Counted from the stretch's first letter, positions 31,545 through 42,982 are shown. The stretch is DNA of 64,000 nt from Cryomorpha ignava (GCA_040391235.1 JBEBYG010000020.1:1198-65197); one strand, 5' to 3'. Notes: generated by a model not told the origin, from the letters alone. Numbers and translations are program-made.

Positions 31545-31970
31545 ATGTACGAATACGATCTGGTGCCGATACGATTCTATGACGACCCGCTCGAGGCGCA
31601 CATGGCCCGATGCCTCTTGGAAAATGAAGGGATCGAGGCGTTCGTGCATGATGAGCACATCATCGGGCTCAACCGGATGTTCAGCTATGCACTCGGAGGT
31701 ATTAAGCTGAAAGTTCCGGAAGGCTCCAAAGAGGATGCCCTGCGCATCTTGGAAGTAACGGAACACCGTCCGTTTCTCGATGAAGAGGAGCGGCCTATCC
31801 ACTGCCCCCAGTGCGGATCTGAAGCGTTGACGAACGGTGTTTCGAGGCCACGGACCACAAGCGGCGTGTTCCATTGGGCACTGGCATTGCTCTTCTCGGT
31901 ATACCCGCTCTCGCTGGACCGTTCCATGCGCTGCGATAGTTGCGGCCATCTGTTCCGCCGCTTGGATTGA
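31545..31970 (+). CDS. DUF2007-domain protein (putative signal-transducing protein) with a C-terminal zinc ribbon and TM segment
   Basis: N-terminal DUF2007-like fold (YDDPLEAHMARCLLENEGIEAFVHDEH) and a CPQCGS...CDSCGH zinc ribbon. Confidence 0.55.
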   Translation: MYEYDLVPIRFYDDPLEAHMARCLLENEGIEAFVHDEHIIGLNRMFSYALGGIKLKVPEGSKEDALRILEVTEHRPFLDEEERPIHCPQCGSEALTNGVSRPRTTSGVFHWALALLFSVYPLSLDRSMRCDSCGHLFRRLD

Positions 31971-31986
31971 GTTACCACCAAAGCAC

Positions 31987-32020
31987 AACGGGCCGACCGC
32001 ATCGCTGCGATCGGCCCGTT
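31987..32020. terminator. Bidirectional terminator between convergent genes
   Basis: Perfect 10-bp stem AACGGGCCGA...TCGGCCCGTT. Confidence 0.65.
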
Positions 32021-32039
32021 GCCGTTCAGAATGGTTGGA

Positions 32040-33281
32040 TCACTCCACCACCACGTGGGTGGTAGCGATGCCCTTGTTGGTCACCGCACGGAGGATATAG
32101 ATCCCGGGGGACAGATGCCCCACGTACAACATTTCGGCAGGCTTGTCCACGTTCGGCTTGAACATCACCTCGCGGGATGAAGCATCGAACACACGCAGTT
32201 CAGTGATCATGGCGCCACCAGCGTTCACGATGACGTTGTCGGAGGTAGGCACCGGGTATGCGTGCACCGCCACTTTAGGCTTTACCTCGCTCACGGCTGT
32301 GGCTACGGAGATATGCAAACGGTACACGCCGTTATCGGTGGCTGCGAATACGTTTCCTTCGTTGTCACGGGCCATGTTATAGATCAGGTGCTGTGAGATC
32401 TCCTCATCCACACGCTCCCAGTTGTCGCCGTTGTTGAAGCTCTGATACAGATTGCCCTGTAAGGTCGCCCCTTCCTCATGGCACATGAAGAACACATGTC
32501 CGCCACCCATGTTGAAGACCCGTGAACCCGTCGTGTTTGCATACGGGAAGGTCACGGACAGGGTGGACCATTTCTCTCCATCGTCGAAGCTGCGCATTAC
32601 TCGCAGGCCGTTGGATGCGTAGATGGAATGATCAGCATTGGAGCTGGCATAGGTGAGGTCACGCTTGATCCCATTGATCCGCTGCCAAGAGTCACCATTG
32701 TCGGAGGAGCGGAAAAGTCCGACCTCCAGATCGTTCTGCACGTTCTCCTCATAGGCCTGGACCAAGAGACGTCCCTGTCCATCCCGACCTATCAAGCGGA
32801 CCTCGGCACCCATATTCGCCTCAAAAGTGGGGATCCAGGATGAACCCATCTGATCACTGATGATGATGGAGCTTGCACCGGAAGTGGTGGTGGAAGCCAC
32901 AAGGCGACCACTATCCAGCACCTCCAGATTCGTAACGACCGTATTCAGGCTCGTCCACGCATTTTCCGTTGACAGCATGCGGTACAGACCGTGCGCTCCT
33001 TCCTGTTTGGTTCCAAAGTTCACGTATTGTGTCCGCTTATGACCTTGGTACTGCCACGAGCGACCATCGTTGGCATAGCGCACGGGCTCCCAGCTTGCGC
33101 CTTTATCTTCCGAGCGGTAGATCGTTCCGTTGTCCTCTGCGGAGTGGAAGTAGACCGAACCATCGACCACTTGAACTCCACCCATGGTGGAAGAGATCCC
33201 ATCCAAGCCCACATGTTGCCATTGTGCCATGCTGGCGGTGACAAGTAGTGAACCAAGGATCATCGCATAGTTACGCTTCAT
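32040..33281 (-). CDS. BNR/sortilin-like beta-propeller protein with a T9SS C-terminal sorting domain
   Basis: Four SxDxGxxW BNR motifs (SEDKGASW, SSDNGDSW, SFDDGEKW, SFNNGDNW). The C-terminal beta-sandwich fits a T9SS CTD. Signal peptide begins at the internal Met MKRNYAMILGSLLVTASMAQ. Confidence 0.7.
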   Translation of the reverse strand: MKRNYAMILGSLLVTASMAQWQHVGLDGISSTMGGVQVVDGSVYFHSAEDNGTIYRSEDKGASWEPVRYANDGRSWQYQGHKRTQYVNFGTKQEGAHGLYRMLSTENAWTSLNTVVTNLEVLDSGRLVASTTTSGASSIIISDQMGSSWIPTFEANMGAEVRLIGRDGQGRLLVQAYEENVQNDLEVGLFRSSDNGDSWQRINGIKRDLTYASSNADHSIYASNGLRVMRSFDDGEKWSTLSVTFPYANTTGSRVFNMGGGHVFFMCHEEGATLQGNLYQSFNNGDNWERVDEEISQHLIYNMARDNEGNVFAATDNGVYRLHISVATAVSEVKPKVAVHAYPVPTSDNVIVNAGGAMITELRVFDASSREVMFKPNVDKPAEMLYVGHLSPGIYILRAVTNKGIATTHVVVE

Positions 33282-33492
33282 CTTTTTTGAATTGGTTGGC
33301 GCTGTTACGCAATGAAGATTCAAAGGTTCACTTCACCAACGCGATCCGGGGTTGGATAGGCCCTGAAAAATTGCGTCTCAACAGCCTTGCTCCTACCAAC
33401 TCTGGGCTGGATATTCCTGCATCCGCAAAGGCCCCCTTTGTAATTCATCCGCTTCGCCCCATTCCCCCTTCCACTATCAATTACCTTTATGC

Positions 33493-33879
33493 GTGGACCA
33501 GAGGAAATTCTATGCTGAGCTTGGGCGATTGCTATATGCCATCGCCGCTGTGGACGGACGCATCCATGCCAAGGAAGCGGCTATGATGAGGCGTGTGGTC
33601 ACGGAGCAACTTGTACCACAGGAAGCGACCATGGACCACTATGGCACGGACCGGGCATATATCACCGAATTCGAGTTCGACATCCAAGTTGAACGCGGGG
33701 AAGTGCCGGAGATCGCATTCGATTCTTTCGTCCTGTACCTCACCCAGCACAAAGACCGGCTCAGCCAAGCACAAAAGGAGTTGATCATGCGGGCCGCCCA
33801 AGTAGTGGCCCATGCCTTTCACGGAGCAAATGCCAAGGAACTCCGAATGCTCGATGAGTTGGAAAGGAAGATCCGTTGA
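33493..33879 (+). CDS. TerB-like / DjlA-N-like small protein
   Basis: [27 protein letters not shown] resembles a TerB-family helical domain. Confidence 0.4.
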   Translation: MDQRKFYAELGRLLYAIAAVDGRIHAKEAAMMRRVVTEQLVPQEATMDHYGTDRAYITEFEFDIQVERGEVPEIAFDSFVLYLTQHKDRLSQAQKELIMRAAQVVAHAFHGANAKELRMLDELERKIR

Positions 33880-33915
33880 AAGCCGCTAACCAACGTCCTA
33901 CCCCACCTTCCTATC

Positions 33916-34953
33916 TTGGGCGCCATGTCATTCATAGACCTCCGTTCAGACACGGTGACCCGGCCCACGCCCGCCATGCGGGAGGCCATGGCCGCGGCCG
34001 TGGTAGGTGATGATGTTTTCGGGGAAGACCCCACTGTGAATGCGTTGGAAGAGCGTATGGCACGGCTGTTCGGCCATGAGGCAGGCCTCTTCTGCCCCAG
34101 CGGCACCATGACCAACCAGATCGCGATCAATGCACATACACGACCTGGCGATGAAGTGATCTGCGAGGAAGGGGCACACATCTATCGGTATGAAGGCGGC
34201 GGCACCATGGCCAATAGCGGATGCAGCGTGAAATTGATACGAGGCGACCGCGGACGCTTCACCGCGGCCCAAGTGCAGGAAGCGATCGGTGATCCGGAGG
34301 ATGTCCACCAAGCACGCACCCGCTTGGTGAACATCGAGGATAGCAGCAACCGTGGCGGTGGATCCATCTGGGATGCGCAGATGATCGCCGATATCCACGC
34401 GACGGCGCGAAAAAATGGCTTGGCAATGCACCTCGATGGTGCCCGCATATTCAATGCCTTGGCGGTTACCGGTGAGAAGCCGGCCGATCGCGGTGCCTTG
34501 TTCGATTCCATCTCCATCTGCCTCAGCAAAGGACTGGGCGCTCCGGTAGGCTCCGTGCTGATAGGCAGCCGGGACTTTGTCAAGCAAGCACGCCGGGTGC
34601 GCAAGCGCTTTGGCGGGGGCATGCGGCAAGCGGGCATATTGGCTGCAGCAGGTATCTACGCATTGGATCACCATATTGATCGCCTTGCGGATGATCATCG
34701 GCGCGCGAAGCACCTGGCCGCGATCTTGGAACGCTGCCCGTTCGTGGAAGCAATGATGCCCGTGGAAACGAACATTGTGATCATCACGCTTGATCAGCGG
34801 ATGCCCGTAAAGGACTTTTTGCCAAAGCTGAAGGAGCGCAACATCCTGGCCGTGCAGTTCGGCCCCCAAATGGTGCGCTTCGTTACACACCTCGATGTGG
34901 ACGATCAGGCGATCGCCCACATCGAGGCTGCATTGAAACATGGATACGAATGA
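33916..34953 (+). CDS. ltaE: Low-specificity L-threonine aldolase
   Basis: [27 protein letters not shown] and a PLP-lysine region match the Beta_elim_lyase/LtaE family. Confidence 0.85.
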   Translation: MGAMSFIDLRSDTVTRPTPAMREAMAAAVVGDDVFGEDPTVNALEERMARLFGHEAGLFCPSGTMTNQIAINAHTRPGDEVICEEGAHIYRYEGGGTMANSGCSVKLIRGDRGRFTAAQVQEAIGDPEDVHQARTRLVNIEDSSNRGGGSIWDAQMIADIHATARKNGLAMHLDGARIFNALAVTGEKPADRGALFDSISICLSKGLGAPVGSVLIGSRDFVKQARRVRKRFGGGMRQAGILAAAGIYALDHHIDRLADDHRRAKHLAAILERCPFVEAMMPVETNIVIITLDQRMPVKDFLPKLKERNILAVQFGPQMVRFVTHLDVDDQAIAHIEAALKHGYE

Positions 34954-35339
34954 AAGCAATACCGACCCTGCTCCTCGTCCTTCTTGGTGTTACCTCTTGC
35001 AAGGCTCCTCAATTCATCCAAGGCGGCGCGCAGGATGGCGTTACGGTGAGCTACCGCTGGAATCATCGCCCGGACAAGCCCAGCGAGTTGCTGGTGAAGA
35101 TCGTGAACGATAGTCCTTCCGCACAACAGTTACATCTTGGCTTGGACCTCTACTACCAATCATTCACCGTGGAGCAATTCTCAACCGACACCTGCATACC
35201 GGCTGGGCGCACCTTCAATGGAAAGCTCAACGGCATCTATTTTATTCCCCAGCAGATAACTGCGGAACAGGCTGCCAGCCCCGATACCAAAGTGCAGCTC
35301 ACGGAATTCACCGTGGATCGGATAACCGTTTGCCCGTGA
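34950..35339 (+). CDS. Hypothetical lipoprotein
   Basis: Lipobox [13 protein letters not shown] overlap with ltaE. Confidence 0.45.
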   Translation: MKAIPTLLLVLLGVTSCKAPQFIQGGAQDGVTVSYRWNHRPDKPSELLVKIVNDSPSAQQLHLGLDLYYQSFTVEQFSTDTCIPAGRTFNGKLNGIYFIPQQITAEQAASPDTKVQLTEFTVDRITVCP

Positions 35340-35358
35340 CATTCCTCTCGGGTACTCC

Positions 35359-37053
35359 ATGATGAAATCCGGGCATATCTCAGAGCGTTGGCTCATTATC
35401 GGAATATCCATTCTGATGATGCTTGCATTGGCCATGGTTGCACGCGTGCTTGCCAATACCAAGGAGCGCGGCGAGCGATTGGGCATGTTGATGTTGGACC
35501 GAACGCTTGAAAGTCAAGAACAGCGGGTGCGGTTGATAACCCGCACCTATGCGTGGGACCTGACGGAGGAGGCGGATCATATCAGTGAACTGGACACCAT
35601 TGAGGACGGGCCCTTATTGAAGAGGTGGCTGCCAATCATGCGGAGCAGGTTTGCGATCCGCGATATCGCGCTGGCCAACGAACATGGCGATGAACGCGTG
35701 CTCCACCATGTGGATAGCGTTTGGCGCTTCGTTAAGACCGCGCGCAACCAACATGGTGTTACGTCCATGGCCGCTCAATGGCCTATCAACCGCAACGTAC
35801 CACCTCCGATGGACACTTGCGCACCTCAGAGCGACCCCCGCAGGTCCAACTGGTTCAGCCGAGCGTTGGAGAACCGCCAGGATGAGCCGGTATGGTCTGA
35901 AAGTGAAACTCCGGAGGACACGAAGATCCTCCATCTTTCAGTGTTGATCCGAGGGAGGATGGAGAACGAGAAATTCCGAGTCCTGCGATTCAACATCGAT
36001 GCGGATGCCATGCTGTCCAACCTAACGCAATGGACACCCGATGTCTCCACTATCCTGCTGGATTCCAAGTGGCGTCCATTGACCTATATCGACACTTCAG
36101 AGGTAGGGCAGGCATGGCGAACAGCCCTGCGGGACCAGCAAGCAGACCACTCTACGGAGACCTTCCGGAGTTCGGCAGGCGATCTCCAGTGGGTGGGGCG
36201 CATTGTTCCCATGGAGTTCAATGGGACCAGTTTCTACACCGGTGTTCTTATCGGTTCGGAAGGAATAGAGCGCTGGAACAGCGAGGGTCGCCTTGGGCTA
36301 TGGGCGGTGCTGGGGCTATTGCTTCTGTTGTGCTTGATGCTCACATTGATCTTTGTTCAGAGCCGGAGTGCCGAGCGTCGAGTGCAAAGGCAACAGCGTC
36401 GCTCGAGCCTGCAAGCGCGCCACTTGGCCCAGGCCATCGGGGAGCGGGAAGTGCTGGACCGCGAGGTACACCACCGGGTAAAGAACAATCTCCAAGTGGT
36501 AAGCAGCCTGTTGAACCTGCAGGCCCAGCGGGTACCCGGAGAAGAGGCCCGGGGAGAGTTCATGCGGGGAAAACGACGCATCGATTCCATGGCATTGGTC
36601 CACCACAAGCTGTACCGCCAACAGGACCTCTCGGCCGTTGACCTCGGAGTTTTCCTGGATGACCTGGCCAAGGCGGTGGCTGCCATGTTCGACCCTGACA
36701 GTCGCTCGGTGAGCCATAGCGTGGACGCCGCCGGGATCTATTGCGATGCCGATACCAGCATTCAACTGGGAATGATCCTGTGTGAACTGCTGGCGAACTG
36801 TCATCAACATGCTTTCCCATATGCCACCGGAGGCCATATTTCCATTACCGTTCGTGAGGTTGGCGATGGATCCTACGTGCTGCAAGTGAAGGACAACGGG
36901 AAGGGCTTCGACCCGGATGCGGTGCTGGATACGCATCTCGGACTGGAGGTAGTAGAGGCCTTGGCCGACCAGTTGGATGGTTCACTCCGGATCACTTCCG
37001 ATGGGGGAACCGTGGTAGAAGTGACGTTCCGAAGCAATCGGCACCACCAGTAA
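35359..37053 (+). CDS. Sensor histidine kinase, HisKA_2 subfamily, with a membrane-anchored N-terminal sensor
   Basis: H-box HHRVKNNLQVVSSLLNLQ and an HATPase_c domain (DNGKGFDP...GLGLEVVEALA), with TM segments. No response regulator gene nearby. Confidence 0.8.
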   Translation: MMKSGHISERWLIIGISILMMLALAMVARVLANTKERGERLGMLMLDRTLESQEQRVRLITRTYAWDLTEEADHISELDTIEDGPLLKRWLPIMRSRFAIRDIALANEHGDERVLHHVDSVWRFVKTARNQHGVTSMAAQWPINRNVPPPMDTCAPQSDPRRSNWFSRALENRQDEPVWSESETPEDTKILHLSVLIRGRMENEKFRVLRFNIDADAMLSNLTQWTPDVSTILLDSKWRPLTYIDTSEVGQAWRTALRDQQADHSTETFRSSAGDLQWVGRIVPMEFNGTSFYTGVLIGSEGIERWNSEGRLGLWAVLGLLLLLCLMLTLIFVQSRSAERRVQRQQRRSSLQARHLAQAIGEREVLDREVHHRVKNNLQVVSSLLNLQAQRVPGEEARGEFMRGKRRIDSMALVHHKLYRQQDLSAVDLGVFLDDLAKAVAAMFDPDSRSVSHSVDAAGIYCDADTSIQLGMILCELLANCHQHAFPYATGGHISITVREVGDGSYVLQVKDNGKGFDPDAVLDTHLGLEVVEALADQLDGSLRITSDGGTVVEVTFRSNRHHQ

Positions 37054-37067
37054 TGGACGGATCCTGC

Positions 37068-38474
37068 TCAGCGGATCCACTCCAGTTCCACGCGCCGTTC
37101 TCCTGCACCTGCCCCTGTACTTTGGCTGGCCCCGTGGTAGTTCACCAATATCCGGTCACCGGCTACCCCGTGCTGAAGCAGGTAACTGCGTACAGCCTTC
37201 GCCCGCTTCTCACTCAGTGCAAGATTCAGTGCTGGACTTCCGCTTGGATCGGCATACCCGGTAACCAACACCCGCCCTTGCGGTGCCTTTCGCATGGAAG
37301 CCGCCACTTCGTCCAACAAGCCCTCTGCGTTCACATCCAACGCCGATGTGCCTTTGGCGAAATGGATCCGTACGTTCTTTCCTGTTAGTGCGCTGAGGTT
37401 GGCCACCGGGTTATCCGTAATACTGGAGGAATCGCGCTCCTTGTTAAGCTCATCCACCTGCATTCCGATGTCATCCAACCGTCCTTCAATGTCATCCATA
37501 CGGTCCCGGAGTGCCCACAGCTCCTTGCGCTGATCACCCTGGTCGATCCGACGGTTGATGGCATCCAGTTCGGCCTTCAGCCAGCGATCCCGCTTTCGCA
37601 GTTTTGGCTCAGGCAGTCTGAACTGGAGTGTTTCCGCTTTCGCCGCAATATCCGAGAGCATTGCATCGGTGAGGCGCACATCAGGCAGGGCTTCGCCACT
37701 GTCCACGCGAAGATCCAGCGCACAAAGGAAATTCTCCTCATCAAAAACAGAGCTGCAAACAGTGGGCACTTGCTCGCTAATGGCTGATCCGCCGGAGGCC
37801 CCTTCTCCCGTGGGAGGAAGGTGAATACCGGATAACGGGATCAGGTCATTGCGCAATTGACGCTCAAGCTCCTGGCGTTGTGCGCGTACATAGAAGGAGA
37901 TGGCCAGGTATTTCTCTTGGTCATCCCCACCCTCCACACCGAAGCTCGCTCGGCTCCAATCGATGGAACACACCCGTTCCATCTGCTTTCGCGTGGGCTC
38001 GGAAAGTACCACAACAGGGCTTCCAAAGTAGGAGGTAGCCAAGGCGATCATTCGGTCCACATCATTACTGAGCCGGCTAACGGGAACATCGGTCTGTACC
38101 CCGCTCCGTGTAAAATGGACCCGCTGGTCCAGATACTGCTCCACCCCTGATACGATCAACTCGTCGAGGGCGATCTTCTGGCCACCGTCATTTCTCGCCA
38201 ACTTGTGCAACTTAAAGCGGGGGGCGCTTCCGTCCAACCGGGTCCAATCGGCGCGGATCACTGCGGGGCCCTCCTCGGGCTCGCCTGCATAGCCGGTAAC
38301 AGCAATGGAGTCGGCCGTTCCAAGCGCAACCAGCGATAGATCCGTTTGGGCTGCGAGTATGGTATACGACCCAAGTAAAATGAAGAAGGTGATCCCACGT
38401 AGGAGAATAAGCGGTGGCATTGACGGAGCTAAACTATGGAACCACACAACGCGGCGCCAGTCCCCCCGAAGCAA
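37068..38474 (-). CDS. OmpA-family protein (C-terminal peptidoglycan-binding OmpA domain)
   Basis: C-terminus ...VTGYADPSGSPALNLALSEKRAKAVRSYL...RRVELEWIR, plus a signal peptide. Confidence 0.8.
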   Translation of the reverse strand: MLRGDWRRVVWFHSLAPSMPPLILLRGITFFILLGSYTILAAQTDLSLVALGTADSIAVTGYAGEPEEGPAVIRADWTRLDGSAPRFKLHKLARNDGGQKIALDELIVSGVEQYLDQRVHFTRSGVQTDVPVSRLSNDVDRMIALATSYFGSPVVVLSEPTRKQMERVCSIDWSRASFGVEGGDDQEKYLAISFYVRAQRQELERQLRNDLIPLSGIHLPPTGEGASGGSAISEQVPTVCSSVFDEENFLCALDLRVDSGEALPDVRLTDAMLSDIAAKAETLQFRLPEPKLRKRDRWLKAELDAINRRIDQGDQRKELWALRDRMDDIEGRLDDIGMQVDELNKERDSSSITDNPVANLSALTGKNVRIHFAKGTSALDVNAEGLLDEVAASMRKAPQGRVLVTGYADPSGSPALNLALSEKRAKAVRSYLLQHGVAGDRILVNYHGASQSTGAGAGERRVELEWIR

Positions 38475-38684
38475 GCAATTGTTATTGCGAGCCGTATCTC
38501 TTGAATTTATACCAGTTCAGGATACAGGAACTCCAAAAGGGGACTCTGTGCATGGAAGTTCGCGGCCAGCTTAATGAGGTGGCAAGTGCTTGGCACAGTA
38601 GAACTTGAGCTCGTACCGCACGGTGCCTGCGAATGCCGGAAGCGTTTTACCCATGGAGTTGCACGCTGCGTTGTGAAAACCGGA

Positions 38685-40301
38685 TCAATGCAGCACCGTT
38701 TCCGGAACCACCTGCCCATCGGCGGCATTCGGCAAGGCCATACCGACGATCGCGCTGATGGTGGGGGCAATATCGGTAATGGAGGTGCGCCGGAGCACTT
38801 CTCCCCGCTGAACACCTTTCCCGAAAAAGATCACCGGGACCTGGGTATCGTAGTTCCACGGCGAGCCGTGCGTGGTACCCATACCTTGGTTTCCATACTC
38901 CTCCTCGAAATAGCCGGGCTGCATGGCGAAAAGCACATCGCCACAGCGATCGGGCATATATCCCCGGGCAATGTGACGCGCGATGCCACGCAATTCATCC
39001 ATCTGTTGCAGCCGCTCCCCGGTTAAGGCACAAGCAATTTCCGGATTCTCATTCAGTGCGCTTGTGATCGCAGCTGCGGTTCCGGCCGGAGCATCGGGTT
39101 GCAAGTAGATCTGCCCTTGGCGGATGATCTGGATATGGTCACCGATGCCGCGCTCACTTAACCAAGCACCCAGCCCTTTCATGGAGGTGTAGCCGGCATT
39201 CCCCTTCAGGTCACGCAAATACGCCGGTACATCAGCACCGCCATGGTCAGCAGTTAGGAAAACGGTGTATTCACCCGCGCCCACTTGTTTGTCCAAGAAG
39301 GCCAGCAAGCGGGCGAATTCAATGTCAAGCCGGATGTATATATCCTCCCCTTCCAGCGACCGTTGCCCCATCATATGCCCCAATACGTCCGGACTGCTGT
39401 AGCTCAGGGCCAGCAGGTCGGTCACGGCGTCCGCTCCCAAGGAATCTCCAAGGATGGCAGCAATGGCCATGTCCGTGGTGATCGTATTCCCCCATGGGGT
39501 ATAGACCAGTAAGCCAAGGTCCTCTCCGCCTGCTCGCAAAGCGGCGAGGTCAACCGGCAGGGTGGGTCTTATCCCTTTGCTTAAGGCCTCCTCGTATTTG
39601 TTATCGTCCGGAAGCGGCGTGTGGTAGCGCTCGCGCGGGAGGGCGAGCTCCCACGTACGGTCCAAGTATTTATGGGCCAGCTTCTTCGCATTGAAAGCGT
39701 CCAGCCAAGCCGGAAGTTCCTTTCGATACCAGGAGCTGGTCACGAATTTCCCTTCCGTACCACCCACATACCAATAGGAGGCATCGCCCGTGCGCCCAAT
39801 GGGCATGATGGCCGAGCGGTCCTTCAGCGCGATGCCCACCGTGCGGGAGCGCCGATCGGTCCGCAGTTCCAGCTCATCGGCCAAGGTGCTGGCCAACAAT
39901 TGATAAGGCGAACATTGCGCACTCTGATCACTGGTTCCCACCGGTGTTACCGTGGTGTCCTGCGCGCAATACCAACTGCGTTTGATCTCGCGCCGGTACG
40001 GATAGTTGGACACGATGCCGTGCCGTGCCGGTGTGGTGCCGGTATAAATGCTGGCATGGCCTGGTGCAGTGAAGGTGGGCACATAGTCGTAATGCGCATC
40101 CCGTTGAAAGGATCCTTCCCGCACGAGGCGCTTGAATCCTCCCTCCCCGAAATTGTCCCAATACCGATAGATATTATCCACGCGCATTTGGTCCACCACA
40201 ATGCCTACCACCAATTTGGGTGGCGAGGCCCATTGCGGGTCTTGGGCATGCAGGCTGCTGCTGCAGAGCGCGACAGCGAAAAGGGCAAAAGGTGTTCTCA
40301 T
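38685..40301 (-). CDS. pafA: Alkaline phosphatase / nucleotide pyrophosphatase family (PafA-like)
   Basis: GIVVDQMRVD...FTAPGHASIYTGT metal-binding motifs of the AP superfamily. Signal peptide begins at the internal Met (MRTPFALFAVAL), whose ATG overlaps the crcB stop codon (ATGA). Confidence 0.75.
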   Translation of the reverse strand: MRTPFALFAVALCSSSLHAQDPQWASPPKLVVGIVVDQMRVDNIYRYWDNFGEGGFKRLVREGSFQRDAHYDYVPTFTAPGHASIYTGTTPARHGIVSNYPYRREIKRSWYCAQDTTVTPVGTSDQSAQCSPYQLLASTLADELELRTDRRSRTVGIALKDRSAIMPIGRTGDASYWYVGGTEGKFVTSSWYRKELPAWLDAFNAKKLAHKYLDRTWELALPRERYHTPLPDDNKYEEALSKGIRPTLPVDLAALRAGGEDLGLLVYTPWGNTITTDMAIAAILGDSLGADAVTDLLALSYSSPDVLGHMMGQRSLEGEDIYIRLDIEFARLLAFLDKQVGAGEYTVFLTADHGGADVPAYLRDLKGNAGYTSMKGLGAWLSERGIGDHIQIIRQGQIYLQPDAPAGTAAAITSALNENPEIACALTGERLQQMDELRGIARHIARGYMPDRCGDVLFAMQPGYFEEEYGNQGMGTTHGSPWNYDTQVPVIFFGKGVQRGEVLRRTSITDIAPTISAIVGMALPNAADGQVVPETVLH

Positions 40302-40666
40302 GCGTGGCGAGCAAGAAGGAAGAAGATGGCCACACAAGCAACCACGTTCACTAAAATATTGGCGATGACCATGCCAGGCATCCCTTCTCGGAAGAGGAGG
40401 AAATTCTCATAGCTGAAGGTACTGAACGTGCTGAATCCACCGCAGATGCCGATGGTAATAAAGGCACTGAGCGCCGGGCGATGTTGGAAGTGGCCGGACA
40501 TGCGCAGGAGGACCCATGAAAGGATCAGTACACTGAGCACGTTGGCAAGCAAGGTGGCCCACGGAAATGCTCCGCGCAGATCCAGCGCGAGCAGAAGCCG
40601 GGTGATCCCGTAGCGCATCAAGCTTCCGATGCCACCACCCACGAAGACGGCCGCCCAGACATTCAT
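40298..40666 (-). CDS. crcB: Fluoride efflux channel CrcB/Fluc
   Basis: 122 aa with 4 TM segments and a GGIGSLMRY motif. Confidence 0.85.
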   Translation of the reverse strand: MNVWAAVFVGGGIGSLMRYGITRLLLALDLRGAFPWATLLANVLSVLILSWVLLRMSGHFQHRPALSAFITIGICGGFSTFSTFSYENFLLFREGMPGMVIANILVNVVACVAIFFLLARHA

Positions 40667-41244
40667 CGTTCACCGGTGATTTGGTGGACCGTTCGAAAAA
40701 GCACGTATGCCATGCCGCCTATGAGGGAGCCGTAAAGAGCACCCACGATCACGTCGCCTGGGTAATGTGCGCCCAAATAGATCCTACTGTAGGCCACCGT
40801 GCCGGCCCAAACCAGCAGTACGGGGAGTGCCCACCACGGCTCACGGCGAAGCATACCGGCCATGAATACGGCCAATGCGAAGTGGTTGGACGCATGCGAG
40901 GAAATGAAACCATACTTGCCACCGCAGTGGTCGTTCACCAAATGCACCAAGCCCTGCAGGTCGGCTGCGTGGCAGGGGCGCAAGCGTTGCACGGTGTTCT
41001 TGAAGAGTACCACCGAGCCGGTATCGCTGCAGAAGATCATCAAGGCCGCGATCGGCAAGGACCACCAGAGGCCGCGCCATCCCCAGCGCAGCTTGATCAG
41101 GACGATAAAAAGGACGTACAATGGGATCCAGAGCGTCGGCTCGCTCAAATAGCTCATCCACGTATCCGCGGCAGCGGAGTGCGCACCGTTCACCGCGAGG
41201 AATGCCGTGCGATCAGCTGAGAGTATCGCGTCGGTCCAGCTCAT
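40663..41244 (-). CDS. PAP2-superfamily phosphatase
   Basis: Membrane protein with PAP2 motifs (KxxxxxxRP...SGH...SxHA region: RLRPC...SSHASNHFA). Start placed at the internal Met, whose ATG overlaps the obg stop codon (ATGA). Confidence 0.7.
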   Translation of the reverse strand: MSWTDAILSADRTAFLAVNGAHSAAADTWMSYLSEPTLWIPLYVLFIVLIKLRWGWRGLWWSLPIAALMIFCSDTGSVVLFKNTVQRLRPCHAADLQGLVHLVNDHCGGKYGFISSHASNHFALAVFMAGMLRREPWWALPVLLVWAGTVAYSRIYLGAHYPGDVIVGALYGSLIGGMAYVLFRTVHQITGER

Positions 41245-42269
41245 GCGAACGGACTGGGAGGAGGTTCCGGTTCCACGGTGGAATGGATCTTCGACCACAG
41301 CAAGTCCTTCAGCTTTTCCAAGCCCTGGTTGGCAACTGAACTGATGAAGACATGTTCCACGCCCTTGGGAAGTTCCTTCTTGATGGCCTTTTTCAACTCA
41401 TCATCCAAGAGATCACTCTTGGTCACTGCCAAAATGCGGTCCTTGTCCAAAAGCTCCGGTGAATACTGGGTCAGTTCATTCAGCAGCACGTTGAACTCCG
41501 CTTTGATGTCCGGGCTGTCGGCGGCTACCATGAAGAGCAGCACACTGTTGCGCTCGATGTGGCGAAGGAAGCGAAGGCCGATGCCCTTGCCCTCGTGCGC
41601 ACCTTCGATGATGCCGGGGATATCCGCCATAACGAAACTCTGGCTGTCCCGGTAGGGAACGATACCCAGATTCGGCACCAAAGTGGTGAAGGGATAGTCC
41701 GCGATCTTCGGTTTCGCCGCACTCACCACGGAAAGGAGGGTGCTCTTCCCCGCATTGGGAAAGCCCACCAAGCCTACGTCAGCCAGTACTTTCAACTCCA
41801 GTATGACCCATTTCTCAAGTCCATCCTCGCCGGGTTGAGCGAAGCGTGGTGTCTGAAAGGTGGAACTGTGGAAGTTCTGGTTCCCCAGACCACCCCGTCC
41901 TCCTTCAAGCAGGATCACCTCCTGCCCCGGCTCGGTGAGTTCACAGAGGACCTCGCCGGTCTCTGGATCCTTGGCCAAGGTCCCTAATGGCACCTCGATG
42001 ATGCGGTCCTCCCCCATCTTTCCGCTCCGCTGGTTGGAACCACCACTCTCGCCGTCCTTGGCGATCACGTGCTTGGTGTAGCGCAAGTGAAGCAGCGTCC
42101 ACAGCTGCGGGTTCGTGCGTAGGATGATGTGACCGCCGCGTCCACCATCGCCGCCATCGGGGCCGCCCTTGGGTATATACTTCTCTCGCCGCAGGTGGCG
42201 GCTACCAGCCCCACCCTTGCCGGAGCGGCATTCAATGCGGATCTGGTCGATAAAGTTCGCGGAAGACAT
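41241..42269 (-). CDS. obg: GTPase Obg/CgtA
   Basis: N-terminal Obg fold ([41 protein letters not shown]) and G-domain ([13 protein letters not shown]). Start at the internal Met; the 381-aa track ORF is over-extended. Confidence 0.9.
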   Translation of the reverse strand: MSSANFIDQIRIECRSGKGGAGSRHLRREKYIPKGGPDGGDGGRGGHIILRTNPQLWTLLHLRYTKHVIAKDGESGGSNQRSGKMGEDRIIEVPLGTLAKDPETGEVLCELTEPGQEVILLEGGRGGLGNQNFHSSTFQTPRFAQPGEDGLEKWVILELKVLADVGLVGFPNAGKSTLLSVVSAAKPKIADYPFTTLVPNLGIVPYRDSQSFVMADIPGIIEGAHEGKGIGLRFLRHIERNSVLLFMVAADSPDIKAEFNVLLNELTQYSPELLDKDRILAVTKSDLLDDELKKAIKKELPKGVEHVFISSVANQGLEKLKDLLWSKIHSTVEPEPPPSPFA

Positions 42270-42406
42270 GGGCGCAAAGGTGGTGATTGGCCGCGAGGAA
42301 TGGTTTTCACACGCGTGAAGGAAACTAGGCCTACCGAACGGAGCGTCGAGTGCGACCGGAGCAGATGAACGAATTGGGTTGCACAACGGCAGCCCTCAAC
42401 TAAAAC

Positions 42407-42982
42407 CTACCCGTCAATAGCCGCGGTCAGCCGCGCGGTGATCTCGGCGATGGAACCCATGCCATGGATGCGCCGGAGCTTGCCCTGCTCTTCGTAATAT
42501 TCTTTCAGGGGAGCAGTCTTTTTCTCGTACTCACGGATCCGCTTGCGCACCACCTCCTCGCTCTTGTCGTCCGGACGGCCGCTGGTTTCACCGCGGCCGA
42601 GCAGGCGCTTCACCAACTCCTCCTCTTCCACTTCCAACGCGAGCATTACAGTGATGCTGCTGCCAAGCTTCACCAAGGTGGAGTCCAACGCCTCCGCCTG
42701 TGCCCGGGTGCGAGGGAAGCCGTCAAAGACGAATCCCTTGCTCTTGGGATCATCCTTCAAGCGGTTGCGGATCATGCCCACCACCAGATCATCCGGCACC
42801 AGTTCACCTGCGCTCATCAGCTCCTGGGCTTGCAGGCCCAACGGTGTTTCGGCTTGGATCTCCGCACGCAGCAGATCACCCGTGCTCAGGTGTTCCAATC
42901 CGTATTGTTCGGTCAGAAACTTGCTTTGTGTCCCTTTACCTGCCCCCGGAGGGCCGAAAAGCACGATGTTCATTCTCTTCAT
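42407..42982 (-). CDS. adk: Adenylate kinase
   Basis: P-loop GPPGAGKGTQ and LID/NMP-binding motifs. Confidence 0.9.
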   Translation of the reverse strand: MKRMNIVLFGPPGAGKGTQSKFLTEQYGLEHLSTGDLLRAEIQAETPLGLQAQELMSAGELVPDDLVVGMIRNRLKDDPKSKGFVFDGFPRTRAQAEALDSTLVKLGSSITVMLALEVEEEELVKRLLGRGETSGRPDDKSEEVVRKRIREYEKKTAPLKEYYEEQGKLRRIHGMGSIAEITARLTAAIDG

